Of a stretch of DNA of 24,000 nt, positions 8,327 through 16,248 are shown piece after piece. The position numbers were made by a program, and so were the translations under genes. How positions within the stretch are numbered: the first letter of the stretch is position 1; every line of letters starts with the position of its first letter. The stretch comes from Gammaproteobacteria bacterium (GTDB lineage: Bacteria > Pseudomonadota > Gammaproteobacteria > GRL18): assembly GCA_027009375.1 (NCBI GenBank), contig JALVDE010000335.1:1-24000 (forward strand), written 5' to 3'. A model generated the notes under the pieces. That model had not been told where the DNA came from, made no database searches, and saw only the letters and a program-made list of their open reading frames with translations.

Positions 8327-8347
8327 AAAATACTCTTATTTGTGTAA

Positions 8348-9103
8348 TTAAAGACATTCACGAATACGTTGTTCAACCAGCTCCAGAATTTCAGGCTCAA
8401 AACCAAAATGCCGACTGTGAACAAAGCTGATATCTGGATATTGTACACTGATCCGTTGTACCTGCCTGTCAATCCGTTCGAGTAATATACCATCAAATAA
8501 ATAATAGGGTAATATAACAACTTGTTTCATACCCAACTTTACCTGACGCTGAACTACCGTTTCCAGTCGGGGATAACATACTCCGGTAAATGCAAGTTCA
8601 ACCAGTTCATGCTCATTATCTTCAAATATCAACCGTGCCATTTTTGCCATTTCAGCATTGGCCTGTGCATCAGACGATCCCCGTGCCAGAACAATAACAC
8701 CGGTATTTTTGGGATCAGGCATCGCCAGACGTGACATTTGTTTTTTCAGATAGCGATTCATAATATTCAGAATCAACTCATCTGTACCGATATGTGAAGC
8801 ATAGACAAAACGGGTATCCGGATTTTTCTTTCTGGCAGCATCAATATATTCCGGTATTTCTTCTTTAACATGACCGGCTGCATTTAGTATTAAAGGAACG
8901 ACAATCACTTTATCTGATTTATCAGCCGCATCCTGAAGCCCGGCATCTAACAGATAGTCTGCCAGCTCGATATAACACACGTCTATATTCCATTGCGGAC
9001 ATTTTTGTTGAAGGTTTTGGGTAAATTCCTGTATCTGTTGGTTTCCAGTAGCATTTCTGGAACCATGCCCAATGAGCAATATGCTTTCTTTGAGTTTTGT
9101 CAT
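8348..9103 (-). CDS. cbiX: Sirohydrochlorin cobaltochelatase, two-domain (long) CbiX type
   Basis: 251 aa made of two tandem CbiX-like halves: ILLIGHGSRNATGN...VVPLILNAGHV, and VIVLARGSSDAQAN...VILPYYLFDGIL. Confidence 0.85.
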   Translation of the reverse strand: MTKLKESILLIGHGSRNATGNQQIQEFTQNLQQKCPQWNIDVCYIELADYLLDAGLQDAADKSDKVIVVPLILNAAGHVKEEIPEYIDAARKKNPDTRFVYASHIGTDELILNIMNRYLKKQMSRLAMPDPKNTGVIVLARGSSDAQANAEMAKMARLIFEDNEHELVELAFTGVCYPRLETVVQRQVKLGMKQVVILPYYLFDGILLERIDRQVQRISVQYPDISFVHSRHFGFEPEILELVEQRIRECL

Positions 9104-9117
9104 ATTTTTATCCTGGC

Positions 9118-9945
9118 TCAGTCTGTTGTTTTTTTTCGGTTGTTTTTAATTCTGAATTTATGGTTAAATTCTTCTGCATACAGGCGGGATTTTTTAATAT
9201 CCTTGAAATACCTGGCCCCAAGAGTTGGACTGATAATAATCATCGCCTGACTGGTTATTCCTTCTGCCTTGCATTTTGCTCGAATGGTTTTAATGGTTCC
9301 CCTGATAATTTTTTCTTCACCGGGCCAGCTTGCTTTCTGGACAACAAGAACCTGAGCATCTTCTGACCACCCGGCCTTTAGCAAACTGTCCTCTATTTTG
9401 TGCAGTAAAGTAATGGATAAAAACAGACACAATGTTGTCTTATGTCTGGCCAGTTCTTCCAGTGACTCGCCCTCAGGCATCGGGGTTCTTCCCTCAACCC
9501 GGGTAAAAATAACGGTTTGCGTAACCTCTGGCAATGTCAGTGTTTCCTTTGCAGCTGCCGCGGCTGCCAGTGCGGATGAAACACCCGGAACCAGCTCGGA
9601 CTCAATACCTTCGTTATCCAATGCCTGTATAATTTCAACCAGAACACCGTATAAACCCGGATCGCCTGTCTGCAGACGAATAACCACTGATTTATTTCTG
9701 GCTCTCTCTATCAGCCAATGATTTATCTGTTCCAGCGTCATTCCTTTGGAATCTGCAATTTCACAGTCTGCTTTTGACCAGCGCATTACAGTCTCACTGA
9801 CCAGTGAGCCGGTATATAAAATAGCATCGGCCCGGGCTATTAAATCTCTCCCCTTAACTGTAATTAAATCCGGATCGCCAGGACCGGCTCCAATAAACCA
9901 GACCTTCATTCCCCCTGATAAAGAATTATTTTCACTATTTTTCAA
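9118..9945 (-). CDS. cbiF: Cobalt-precorrin-4 C11-methyltransferase
   Basis: MKVWFIGAGPGDPDLITVKG, LQTGDPGLYG and VPGVSS motifs. The start is ambiguous: TTG at 9945 (GGAG 10 nt upstream) or ATG at 9909 (MKVWFIG..., closer to homologue N-termini). Confidence 0.9.
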   Translation of the reverse strand: MKNSENNSLSGGMKVWFIGAGPGDPDLITVKGRDLIARADAILYTGSLVSETVMRWSKADCEIADSKGMTLEQINHWLIERARNKSVVIRLQTGDPGLYGVLVEIIQALDNEGIESELVPGVSSALAAAAAAKETLTLPEVTQTVIFTRVEGRTPMPEGESLEELARHKTTLCLFLSITLLHKIEDSLLKAGWSEDAQVLVVQKASWPGEEKIIRGTIKTIRAKCKAEGITSQAMIIISPTLGARYFKDIKKSRLYAEEFNHKFRIKNNRKKTTD

Positions 9946-9966
9946 TTTATGATGACTCCATCCTGT

Positions 9967-11274
9967 TTATTTATTAACTGCCAAAAAAAATTGCAGTGAT
10001 GCCTGTGTTGAACTGGGAAAATACCAATGAATGTAGGACGCAATCAGAGAACCTGAAATAATGCCGTGATCACCTCTTGATACATCAAATGCAGGGCTAA
10101 CTTCATGATAACTTTCACGTATGGAGTGATGAAATTCATGCCCCTTCAAACCTACAAAGGTACCGCTGCGACATTCTCGATAGCCTAGTGAAGCCAGCCT
10201 GGGCGTCATTTTTGTTTCAATGGGCAATACACCCGCCATGGTCCATGACTGCCCTTGCAGATCGGTTAATGTTTGTCCCAGCAGCATCATTCCGCCGCAT
10301 TCAGCCAGTACCGGTTTATGCTGTTGCACAATTTTTTTGATTGAAAGCAAGCTGTCTGATGCTGATAATTGTTCGGCATACAGTTCGGGATACCCACCCG
10401 GCAGCCAGAGCGCATCAGCATTATCAGGTACCTTATCGCCTTCAAGAAGAGAAAAATAATGAATGTTTGCCCCCTGTTGCTTTAACCAGTCAATATTGGC
10501 CGGGTATATAAAACAGCAGGCATCATCTCTGGCAACCGCAATGTTTTTTCCTTTCAGGGGCTGGTTTGGCTGTTTATCCTGCAAGACCTGGGGTTTATGC
10601 TCTAAAGGTGCCGCTAAAAAAGCCGGTAAATCATGCTCTACAATATTAAGGTGAGCTCGAAAATCAGGCAATGGGCTGTCATCAGGTCTGACCAGCCCCA
10701 AATGCCGTTCTGGTAACGGAGGTACCGATTTATCCAGCCATGCAATCAGGGGTGGAAGATGATATTCACTTAAGTGAGCCTGTAGCAGCTCTGCATGATG
10801 GCGACTGCCAACACGATTAGCAATGATGCCTGTGATTTTTACACCGCATTGCTCTGCAAAACCTTTAAATCCCGATACCAGCGGCACAATTGAGCCGCTC
10901 ATACCCTTTGCATCAACAACCAGCCAGATATCCAGCCCCAGCTGTTGAGCCAGATTAAGCGTCGAGCCGTCCTGCCCCACACCCGTGCGACCATCAAAAA
11001 GCCCCATAACACCTTCAACTACAGAGACTTCAATATCCTTTTGTTGAGCTTGTAGCAGTTTGTCCTGACATTCTGCCAGTCCAGTCATTCGGGTGTCCAG
11101 ATTATAGGAATCAAGACCGGTCAGCTTCTTATGCCACAAAGGATCCAGGAAGTCCGGGCCAGCCTTAAAACCACAGACTTTCTTTCCGCAAGCCATAAAA
11201 TATTGAATAATAGCAAGTGTTGCGGTTGTTTTACCGCATCCGGACTGGACGCCGGCAATGACTATTGTTTGCAT
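9967..11274 (-). CDS. cbiA: Cobyrinate a,c-diamide synthase (glutamine-hydrolysing)
   Basis: 435 aa. The N-terminus has a P-loop (IAGVQSGCGKTT) and the C-terminus has a glutamine amidotransferase domain (LAECGGMMLLG, GHEFHHS). Confidence 0.9.
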   Translation of the reverse strand: MQTIVIAGVQSGCGKTTATLAIIQYFMACGKKVCGFKAGPDFLDPLWHKKLTGLDSYNLDTRMTGLAECQDKLLQAQQKDIEVSVVEGVMGLFDGRTGVGQDGSTLNLAQQLGLDIWLVVDAKGMSGSIVPLVSGFKGFAEQCGVKITGIIANRVGSRHHAELLQAHLSEYHLPPLIAWLDKSVPPLPERHLGLVRPDDSPLPDFRAHLNIVEHDLPAFLAAPLEHKPQVLQDKQPNQPLKGKNIAVARDDACCFIYPANIDWLKQQGANIHYFSLLEGDKVPDNADALWLPGGYPELYAEQLSASDSLLSIKKIVQQHKPVLAECGGMMLLGQTLTDLQGQSWTMAGVLPIETKMTPRLASLGYRECRSGTFVGLKGHEFHHSIRESYHEVSPAFDVSRGDHGIISGSLIASYIHWYFPSSTQASLQFFLAVNK

Positions 11275-11289
11275 AAGGAAGCCGTAATA

Positions 11290-13086
11290 TTAATCAAGAT
11301 GCGTCTGAAACCACATTTCCAGTAGTGCCATATGCCAGAGTTTACTGCCTTTAAGGCGGGTCATATTTTCTTTGGCTTCGGGATTTTTTAACAGGCGCTG
11401 GATATAGGAAGGTTCAAAAACTCCCCTTTCTTTACACTTCTGTGAGGTCAGTACATCGGTCATCATATCCAGGAATTCACCGCGTACATATTTGAGGGCG
11501 GGCATGGGGAAATAGCCTTTGGGGCGATCAATAACGGCATCGGGAATACGACCACGGGCAATGGTTTTCAGCACATGTTTACCACCCTGCTGGCCAATTT
11601 TATAGTGGCCGGGCATCTGTGCTGCCAGTTCTACCAGCTTATGATCCAGAAACGGCACCCTGGCTTCCAGACCCCAGGCCATGGTCATATTATCCACGCG
11701 TTTAACGGGATCGTCCACAATCAGGGTAGTGACATCCATACGCAGCACCCTGTCCAGAAATTCATCGGCATAAGGGGCGGTCAGCAGGTCATTAACCAGT
11801 TCTGAAGTATAATCCTTACCGTGAAAACGACGAGTAACAGACTGCAGAAATTCATCATGATGACGGTCAAAATAATAAGGAGCAAAGCTGTCCAGTTCAT
11901 TATGGCCTTCTTCCCAGGCTTTAACCATTAAGGGATACCAGAAATAACCGGCAAATACTTCATCCGCCCCCTGACCGCTCTGTACTACTTTAACTTCTTT
12001 GGCCACCCGTTCAGATAATAAATAAAAAGCCACGGCATCCTGACCGACCATCGGTTCAGCCATCTGGGTAATCGCTTCAGGCAGTCGATCCAGTACTTCA
12101 TGGTTGGGGATCATATATTTGTGGTGTAGCGTGTTATAGCGTTCTACCACCTGATCACTGTATTCAAACTCACTGCCCTGTTCGTCACCGATATCATTAA
12201 AACCGATAGAAAAGGTTCGGATATCCTCAACCCCTGCTTCTGCAAGCAACGCAACCAGCAGACTGGAATCCAGACCACCGGACAATAAGACACCGACCGG
12301 CACATCAGCAATGGTCAGACGTTTTTTTACGGCAGACATTAAGGCATCATGGATGGCCTCAGTCCATTGTACTTCGTTCCAGTCAGCCTTAAGCGGATCA
12401 CGGATGGCTTTCAGATGCCAGTAGCGATGGTATTTCATATTTCCGCCGGAATCAATTTTAATGCTGGTTCCGGGGGCCAGTTTTTTTACTCCCTGTAAAA
12501 TAGTGTCGGGGGCAGGGATCACGGCATGCAGGGTAAACTGATGATGCAGACCAACGGGATTAATTTCTTTATTAATATGACCAGCGGCCAGCAGAGCCTG
12601 CATATTAGAAGCAAAGACAAAACGGTTATCATCCAGGCTGTAGTACAGAGGCTTGATGCCCAGGCGATCCCGGGCGACAAACAGACTGTAATCTCGCAGG
12701 TCAAGAATGGCAAAAGCAAACATACCGTGCAGTCGCTCGACACATTGTTCACCCCATTCAACATAGGCTTTAATAATGACTTCTGAATCACCATCTGAAA
12801 AAAACTTATAACCTTTCTGGGTCAGCTGTTCTTTTAATTCGGGATAATTGTATATGGTGCCGTTAAACACCAGCGCCATGTGCAGCTGGTTATCCACCAT
12901 GGGCTGGTTGGACTTTTCAGACAGATCAATAATGGACAGGCGGCGATGGCCAAGCGCCACTGGGCCTTCATGGAAAATACCTTCATTGTCCGGGCCGCGC
13001 CGTTCGAGCTTCTTAAGCATGGCCTGGATCACATTCAGATCAGGTTTGGAGCCATCAAATTGAAAATCACCGCATATTCCGCACAT
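11290..13086 (-). CDS. asnB: Asparagine synthase family glutamine amidotransferase, AsnO-like (N-acetylglutaminylglutamine amidotransferase-type)
   Basis: 598 aa. It has the class-II amidotransferase N-terminus MCGICG and HRRLSIIDL, plus the PP-loop SGGLDSS. The N-terminal ~150 aa closely track my recollection of the Pseudomonas/Sinorhizobium AsnO-type proteins. Confidence 0.85.
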   Translation of the reverse strand: MCGICGDFQFDGSKPDLNVIQAMLKKLERRGPDNEGIFHEGPVALGHRRLSIIDLSEKSNQPMVDNQLHMALVFNGTIYNYPELKEQLTQKGYKFFSDGDSEVIIKAYVEWGEQCVERLHGMFAFAILDLRDYSLFVARDRLGIKPLYYSLDDNRFVFASNMQALLAAGHINKEINPVGLHHQFTLHAVIPAPDTILQGVKKLAPGTSIKIDSGGNMKYHRYWHLKAIRDPLKADWNEVQWTEAIHDALMSAVKKRLTIADVPVGVLLSGGLDSSLLVALLAEAGVEDIRTFSIGFNDIGDEQGSEFEYSDQVVERYNTLHHKYMIPNHEVLDRLPEAITQMAEPMVGQDAVAFYLLSERVAKEVKVVQSGQGADEVFAGYFWYPLMVKAWEEGHNELDSFAPYYFDRHHDEFLQSVTRRFHGKDYTSELVNDLLTAPYADEFLDRVLRMDVTTLIVDDPVKRVDNMTMAWGLEARVPFLDHKLVELAAQMPGHYKIGQQGGKHVLKTIARGRIPDAVIDRPKGYFPMPALKYVRGEFLDMMTDVLTSQKCKERGVFEPSYIQRLLKNPEAKENMTRLKGSKLWHMALLEMWFQTHLD

Positions 13087-13149
13087 AACCGGCTCTGTCC
13101 TTTTTTAAGTTATTTTTGAGTGACTGCTTTTATTTTTCCACCGCAGGCG

Positions 13150-13677
13150 CTATTCTTCTGTCGCTGGACGCAGCTGAATAACCACCAGTTTTGAAATCAC
13201 TCTGGACACACCCCGGGTACTTTTTGCCAGAGCAATGGCTTTAACAGCACTTTCTTCTGAATTAACACTACCCATTAAGGTGACCACACCGGCATTAACT
13301 TCAATGCCAATATCATCCCGTTTGACCACCGGATCTTCGGAGTATTTTTTACTGATCATGACATTAATTTTTGCATCGGCTTCTGCAGTACTTGCCGCCA
13401 CGACAGGTTCATAAACCGCTTTATCTTTATACGCCTGCTGCTCTTTAAGTCTTTGTTCCTTAGCTTCTTTTTCTTCCTGCGCCTTAATTTCCTCATTGGA
13501 ATCCACACCGGGCACCCAGTCAGTGGCATCACGTACGGTACTGCAGGCTGACAGCAGTGCAAAACTCAGTACCAGAGCAAAAGCAGCACCCAGTTTTTTT
13601 GCGCGGGTATTTAATATCATGGCATTAGTTAAAAAGTGTGTGTTCATAAAACGCATTTTCCTTATTGTTATATTCAA
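13150..13677 (-). CDS. BON-domain (OsmY-like) lipoprotein
   Basis: Lipobox LLSAC after a hydrophobic stretch, a Lys/Glu-rich linker, and a C-terminal BON pattern (IGIEVNAGVVTLMGSVNSEE..A.A....GV..V). The start is uncertain: TTG 13677, or ATG at 13656, 13647 or 13620. The last gives a classical 26-aa lipoprotein signal peptide. Confidence 0.75.
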   Translation of the reverse strand: MNITIRKMRFMNTHFLTNAMILNTRAKKLGAAFALVLSFALLSACSTVRDATDWVPGVDSNEEIKAQEEKEAKEQRLKEQQAYKDKAVYEPVVAASTAEADAKINVMISKKYSEDPVVKRDDIGIEVNAGVVTLMGSVNSEESAVKAIALAKSTRGVSRVISKLVVIQLRPATEE

Positions 13678-13697
13678 TTATCAGAGTTGTATTCAGA

Positions 13698-15254
13698 TTA
13701 TTCTGTCTGTTTTCCCCAGCCGCCTCCGCCAGGGGTTTTTATAGTCAGTTTCTGTCCAGGCCGGGCGGTTAATGATACCTTGCCGGGCAGGGCTTTGTCA
13801 TCCAGCAGGTTTTCTCCAGCTCTGCCCGCCAGACCACCGGCCAGCCCCCAGGGGCTGTGACGTCGTCTTTCAGTGAGCAAAGTAACCTGAGTTTTCTGTA
13901 AAAATTCCAGTTCACGGATCAAGCCCATTCCACCCTGATGATAACCCTCACCTCCGGAACCTTGCCGTAAGCTATATTGACTGATCCTCAAAGGGTAGTG
14001 ATGTTCCAGTGATTCTATGGGGGTATTGAGCGTATTGGTCATATGTGCCTGTACCCCGCTTTGACCGTTAAATACTTTACCGGCTCCCAGGCCGCCGCCT
14101 ATGGTTTCATAATAATCCCAGTGCTGCTCACTGTTGCGGCTGCCCATGGCAATATTATTCATGGTACCGTAACTGGCTGCCGGTATCCGCGCCTGCAGTT
14201 CATCAATCTGTGCCAGTGCCCCCAGGATTACATCCACCACCCGGGTAGAGGTTTCCACATTGCCTGCAGTCACGGCGGCAGGATACTGAGCATTAAGCAG
14301 GCAACCCTCCGGTGCAGAAATATCAATCATCCTGAAACTGCCGGCACAGGCCGGTGTCTGTGCCGGCATCAGACAGCGAAACACATAGTATACCGCCGCA
14401 GCCGCTACGGATAAGGGACAGTTAATATTTCCCCTGACCTGTGCAGCAGTGCCGGTAAAATCCACCTTAATTGAATGTTCTCTGACTTCCAGACTGACCG
14501 CTATTTTAACATCCTGATGTCCGGCACCGTCATCATCAAGATAGTCTTCAAAACGATACACTCCATCAGGTATCTGCTCCAGGGTGGATTTGGCCAGCCG
14601 CTCGCCGTAATCATTAAGATGCATCAGGGCTGAACTGAAATTCTGCTCTCCCTGCTGCTTAATTAAATCACCCAGACGTATGACCCCGGTCTGGTTGGCA
14701 CTGATCTGAGCCAGGAAATCCCCTTTTGAAGCATCGGGACGGCTCATATTAGACGTAATATCGGTCATAACCGACTCCTCCACCATCCCGTTCTGTACCA
14801 ATAATAGCGGAGATATAATCACGCCCTCTTCTTCCAGTGAGGTTGACAGGGGCATTGAACCGGGGGTGTCAGCACCAATATCAGCATGATGCGCCCGATT
14901 TACGACAAAAGCCGCCGGCTGCTGACTGTGCTGCCCAGCAAAAACCGGGGCAATCATGGTAACATCCGGTAAATGCGTTCCGCCCAGGTAGGGGTTATTA
15001 AGCACCAGCATGTCCCCTTCGGACCAGTCCCGGGAATTAACAATATCGGCCATGGCATAAGCCATACTGCCTAAATGAACCGGGATATGGGCCGCCTGGG
15101 CACATAACTGTCCCTGAGCATCAAACACCGCACAGGAATAATCCAGCCGATCCTTGATGTTTGGAGAAAAGGCACTGCGTCTCAGAACAGCACCCATTTC
15201 TTCACAAATGGATTCTATCCGGCTGACAAAAATGCTTAGTTCAATGGCGTTCAT
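13698..15254 (-). CDS. Hydantoinase B / 5-oxoprolinase family protein (HyuB-like)
   Basis: 518 aa with FSPNIKDRLDYSCAVFD, PVHLGSM and the C-terminal KTPGGGGWG, all typical of the hydantoinase_B family. No HyuA-type partner is present in the window. Confidence 0.85.
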   Translation of the reverse strand: MNAIELSIFVSRIESICEEMGAVLRRSAFSPNIKDRLDYSCAVFDAQGQLCAQAAHIPVHLGSMAYAMADIVNSRDWSEGDMLVLNNPYLGGTHLPDVTMIAPVFAGQHSQQPAAFVVNRAHHADIGADTPGSMPLSTSLEEEGVIISPLLLVQNGMVEESVMTDITSNMSRPDASKGDFLAQISANQTGVIRLGDLIKQQGEQNFSSALMHLNDYGERLAKSTLEQIPDGVYRFEDYLDDDGAGHQDVKIAVSLEVREHSIKVDFTGTAAQVRGNINCPLSVAAAAVYYVFRCLMPAQTPACAGSFRMIDISAPEGCLLNAQYPAAVTAGNVETSTRVVDVILGALAQIDELQARIPAASYGTMNNIAMGSRNSEQHWDYYETIGGGLGAGKVFNGQSGVQAHMTNTLNTPIESLEHHYPLRISQYSLRQGSGGEGYHQGGMGLIRELEFLQKTQVTLLTERRRHSPWGLAGGLAGRAGENLLDDKALPGKVSLTARPGQKLTIKTPGGGGWGKQTE

Positions 15255-15524
15255 TAAGAGCTGGTTTCAGGTTTCAGGGGATTACATGACATTTATAGGT
15301 ATATTTTACATGATTTAGGCTTAGTAGCATGTTTATTTGTGCAAAAACTCAAATAACCCACTATTTTAGTCTGTTATTTACCTGAAAAAAGGTTTATACT
15401 CTGAGGCACAAACATATTAGTTAATTATTTCACTGATTGAGTCTGTTGTCAGCCAGACAGGTTAACAGCATACTCAACAGGTTTAACATTTTACCTAAAA
15501 ATTACCTAAAAAACGGAGCACAAC

Positions 15525-16100
15525 ATGGCTTTTGAATTACCCGCATTACCTTATGCAAAAAATGCACTGGAACCCCATATTTCTGAAGAAACTCTGGAAT
15601 ATCACTACGGTAAGCACCACAACACTTATGTAGTTAATCTGAACAACCTGATTGCCGGTACTGACTTTGAAAACCAGTCTCTGGAAGACATTATCAAGAA
15701 TTCTGACGGCGGTATTTTCAATAATGCAGCCCAGGTCTGGAACCACACCTTCTACTGGAACTGCTTAAGCCCTAATGGCGGCGGTGAACCTACCGGTGCT
15801 TTAGCGGATGCTATTAATGCCAAATTCGGTTCATTCGAACAGTTCAAGAAAGATTTCAGCGATGCCTGTATCACTAACTTCGGTTCTGGCTGGACATGGC
15901 TGGTTAAAAACGGTTCCGGCGAACTGGAAATTGTTAAAACTTCCAATGCCGGCTGTCCTTTAACTGACGGTCTGACACCTCTGATGACCTGTGATGTCTG
16001 GGAACACGCTTACTACATTGATTACCGTAACGCCCGCCCTAGCTATGTGGAAGCCTTCTGGAACCTGGTTAACTGGGACTTTGTTGCCAGCAATCTGTAA
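15525..16100 (+). CDS. sodB: Iron superoxide dismutase
   Basis: 191 aa with [25 protein letters not shown] and [13 protein letters not shown]. The residue pattern is Fe-type ([10 protein letters not shown]). GGAG lies 6 nt upstream of the ATG. Confidence 0.97.
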   Translation: MAFELPALPYAKNALEPHISEETLEYHYGKHHNTYVVNLNNLIAGTDFENQSLEDIIKNSDGGIFNNAAQVWNHTFYWNCLSPNGGGEPTGALADAINAKFGSFEQFKKDFSDACITNFGSGWTWLVKNGSGELEIVKTSNAGCPLTDGLTPLMTCDVWEHAYYIDYRNARPSYVEAFWNLVNWDFVASNL

Positions 16101-16152
16101 ACTCAGGGCTGTCTATAAGCTCAGGGCTGTTACTTAGCTCAGGGCTGTTCTT
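16100..16152. repeat. Three tandem ~18-bp direct repeats (core AGCTCAGGGCTGT) immediately after the sodB stop
   Basis: The units are aactcagggctgtctata / agctcagggctgttactt / agctcagggctgttctt, followed by a partial agcctga. Periods are 18, 18 and 17 nt. Confidence 0.85.
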
Positions 16153-16158
16153 AGCCTG

Positions 16159-16190
16159 AAAATGTGATGGGATTACTCCCATCACATTTT
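16159..16190 (+). terminator. Rho-independent terminator of sodB
   Basis: Perfect 14-bp stem aaaatgtgatggga / tcccatcacatttt with loop ttac. The 3' arm ends in TTTT. Confidence 0.8.
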
Positions 16191-16248
16191 GCTTAGTGTG
16201 CTATAGTTATATCAGGTGTTTCTGTACAGATATAAATCAGGTATAGCT

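Noticed and set aside
13087-13149. Cobalamin riboswitch upstream of the cbi genes. I also checked 1769-1880, 1439-1570 and 15255-15524.
   Set aside because: The gaps are too short or too AT-rich for a ~200-nt riboswitch. I could not find a B12-box-like element on the minus strand. This is only an eye scan, so a covariance-model search is still advisable.
15263-15276. Two tandem copies of GGTTTCA just upstream of the hyuB-like start, as a second heptamer array.
   Set aside because: Two copies alone are compatible with chance or a trivial duplication, and the unit differs from GCGTTCA. It would be worth noting only if genome-wide heptamer arrays are confirmed.
15313-15324. The identical 12-mer ATTTAGGCTTAG occurs in two intergenic regions, 15313-15324 and 19515-19526.
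   Set aside because: Exact 12-mer matches are expected by chance many times in a 24-kb AT-biased window. There is no extended similarity around either copy.
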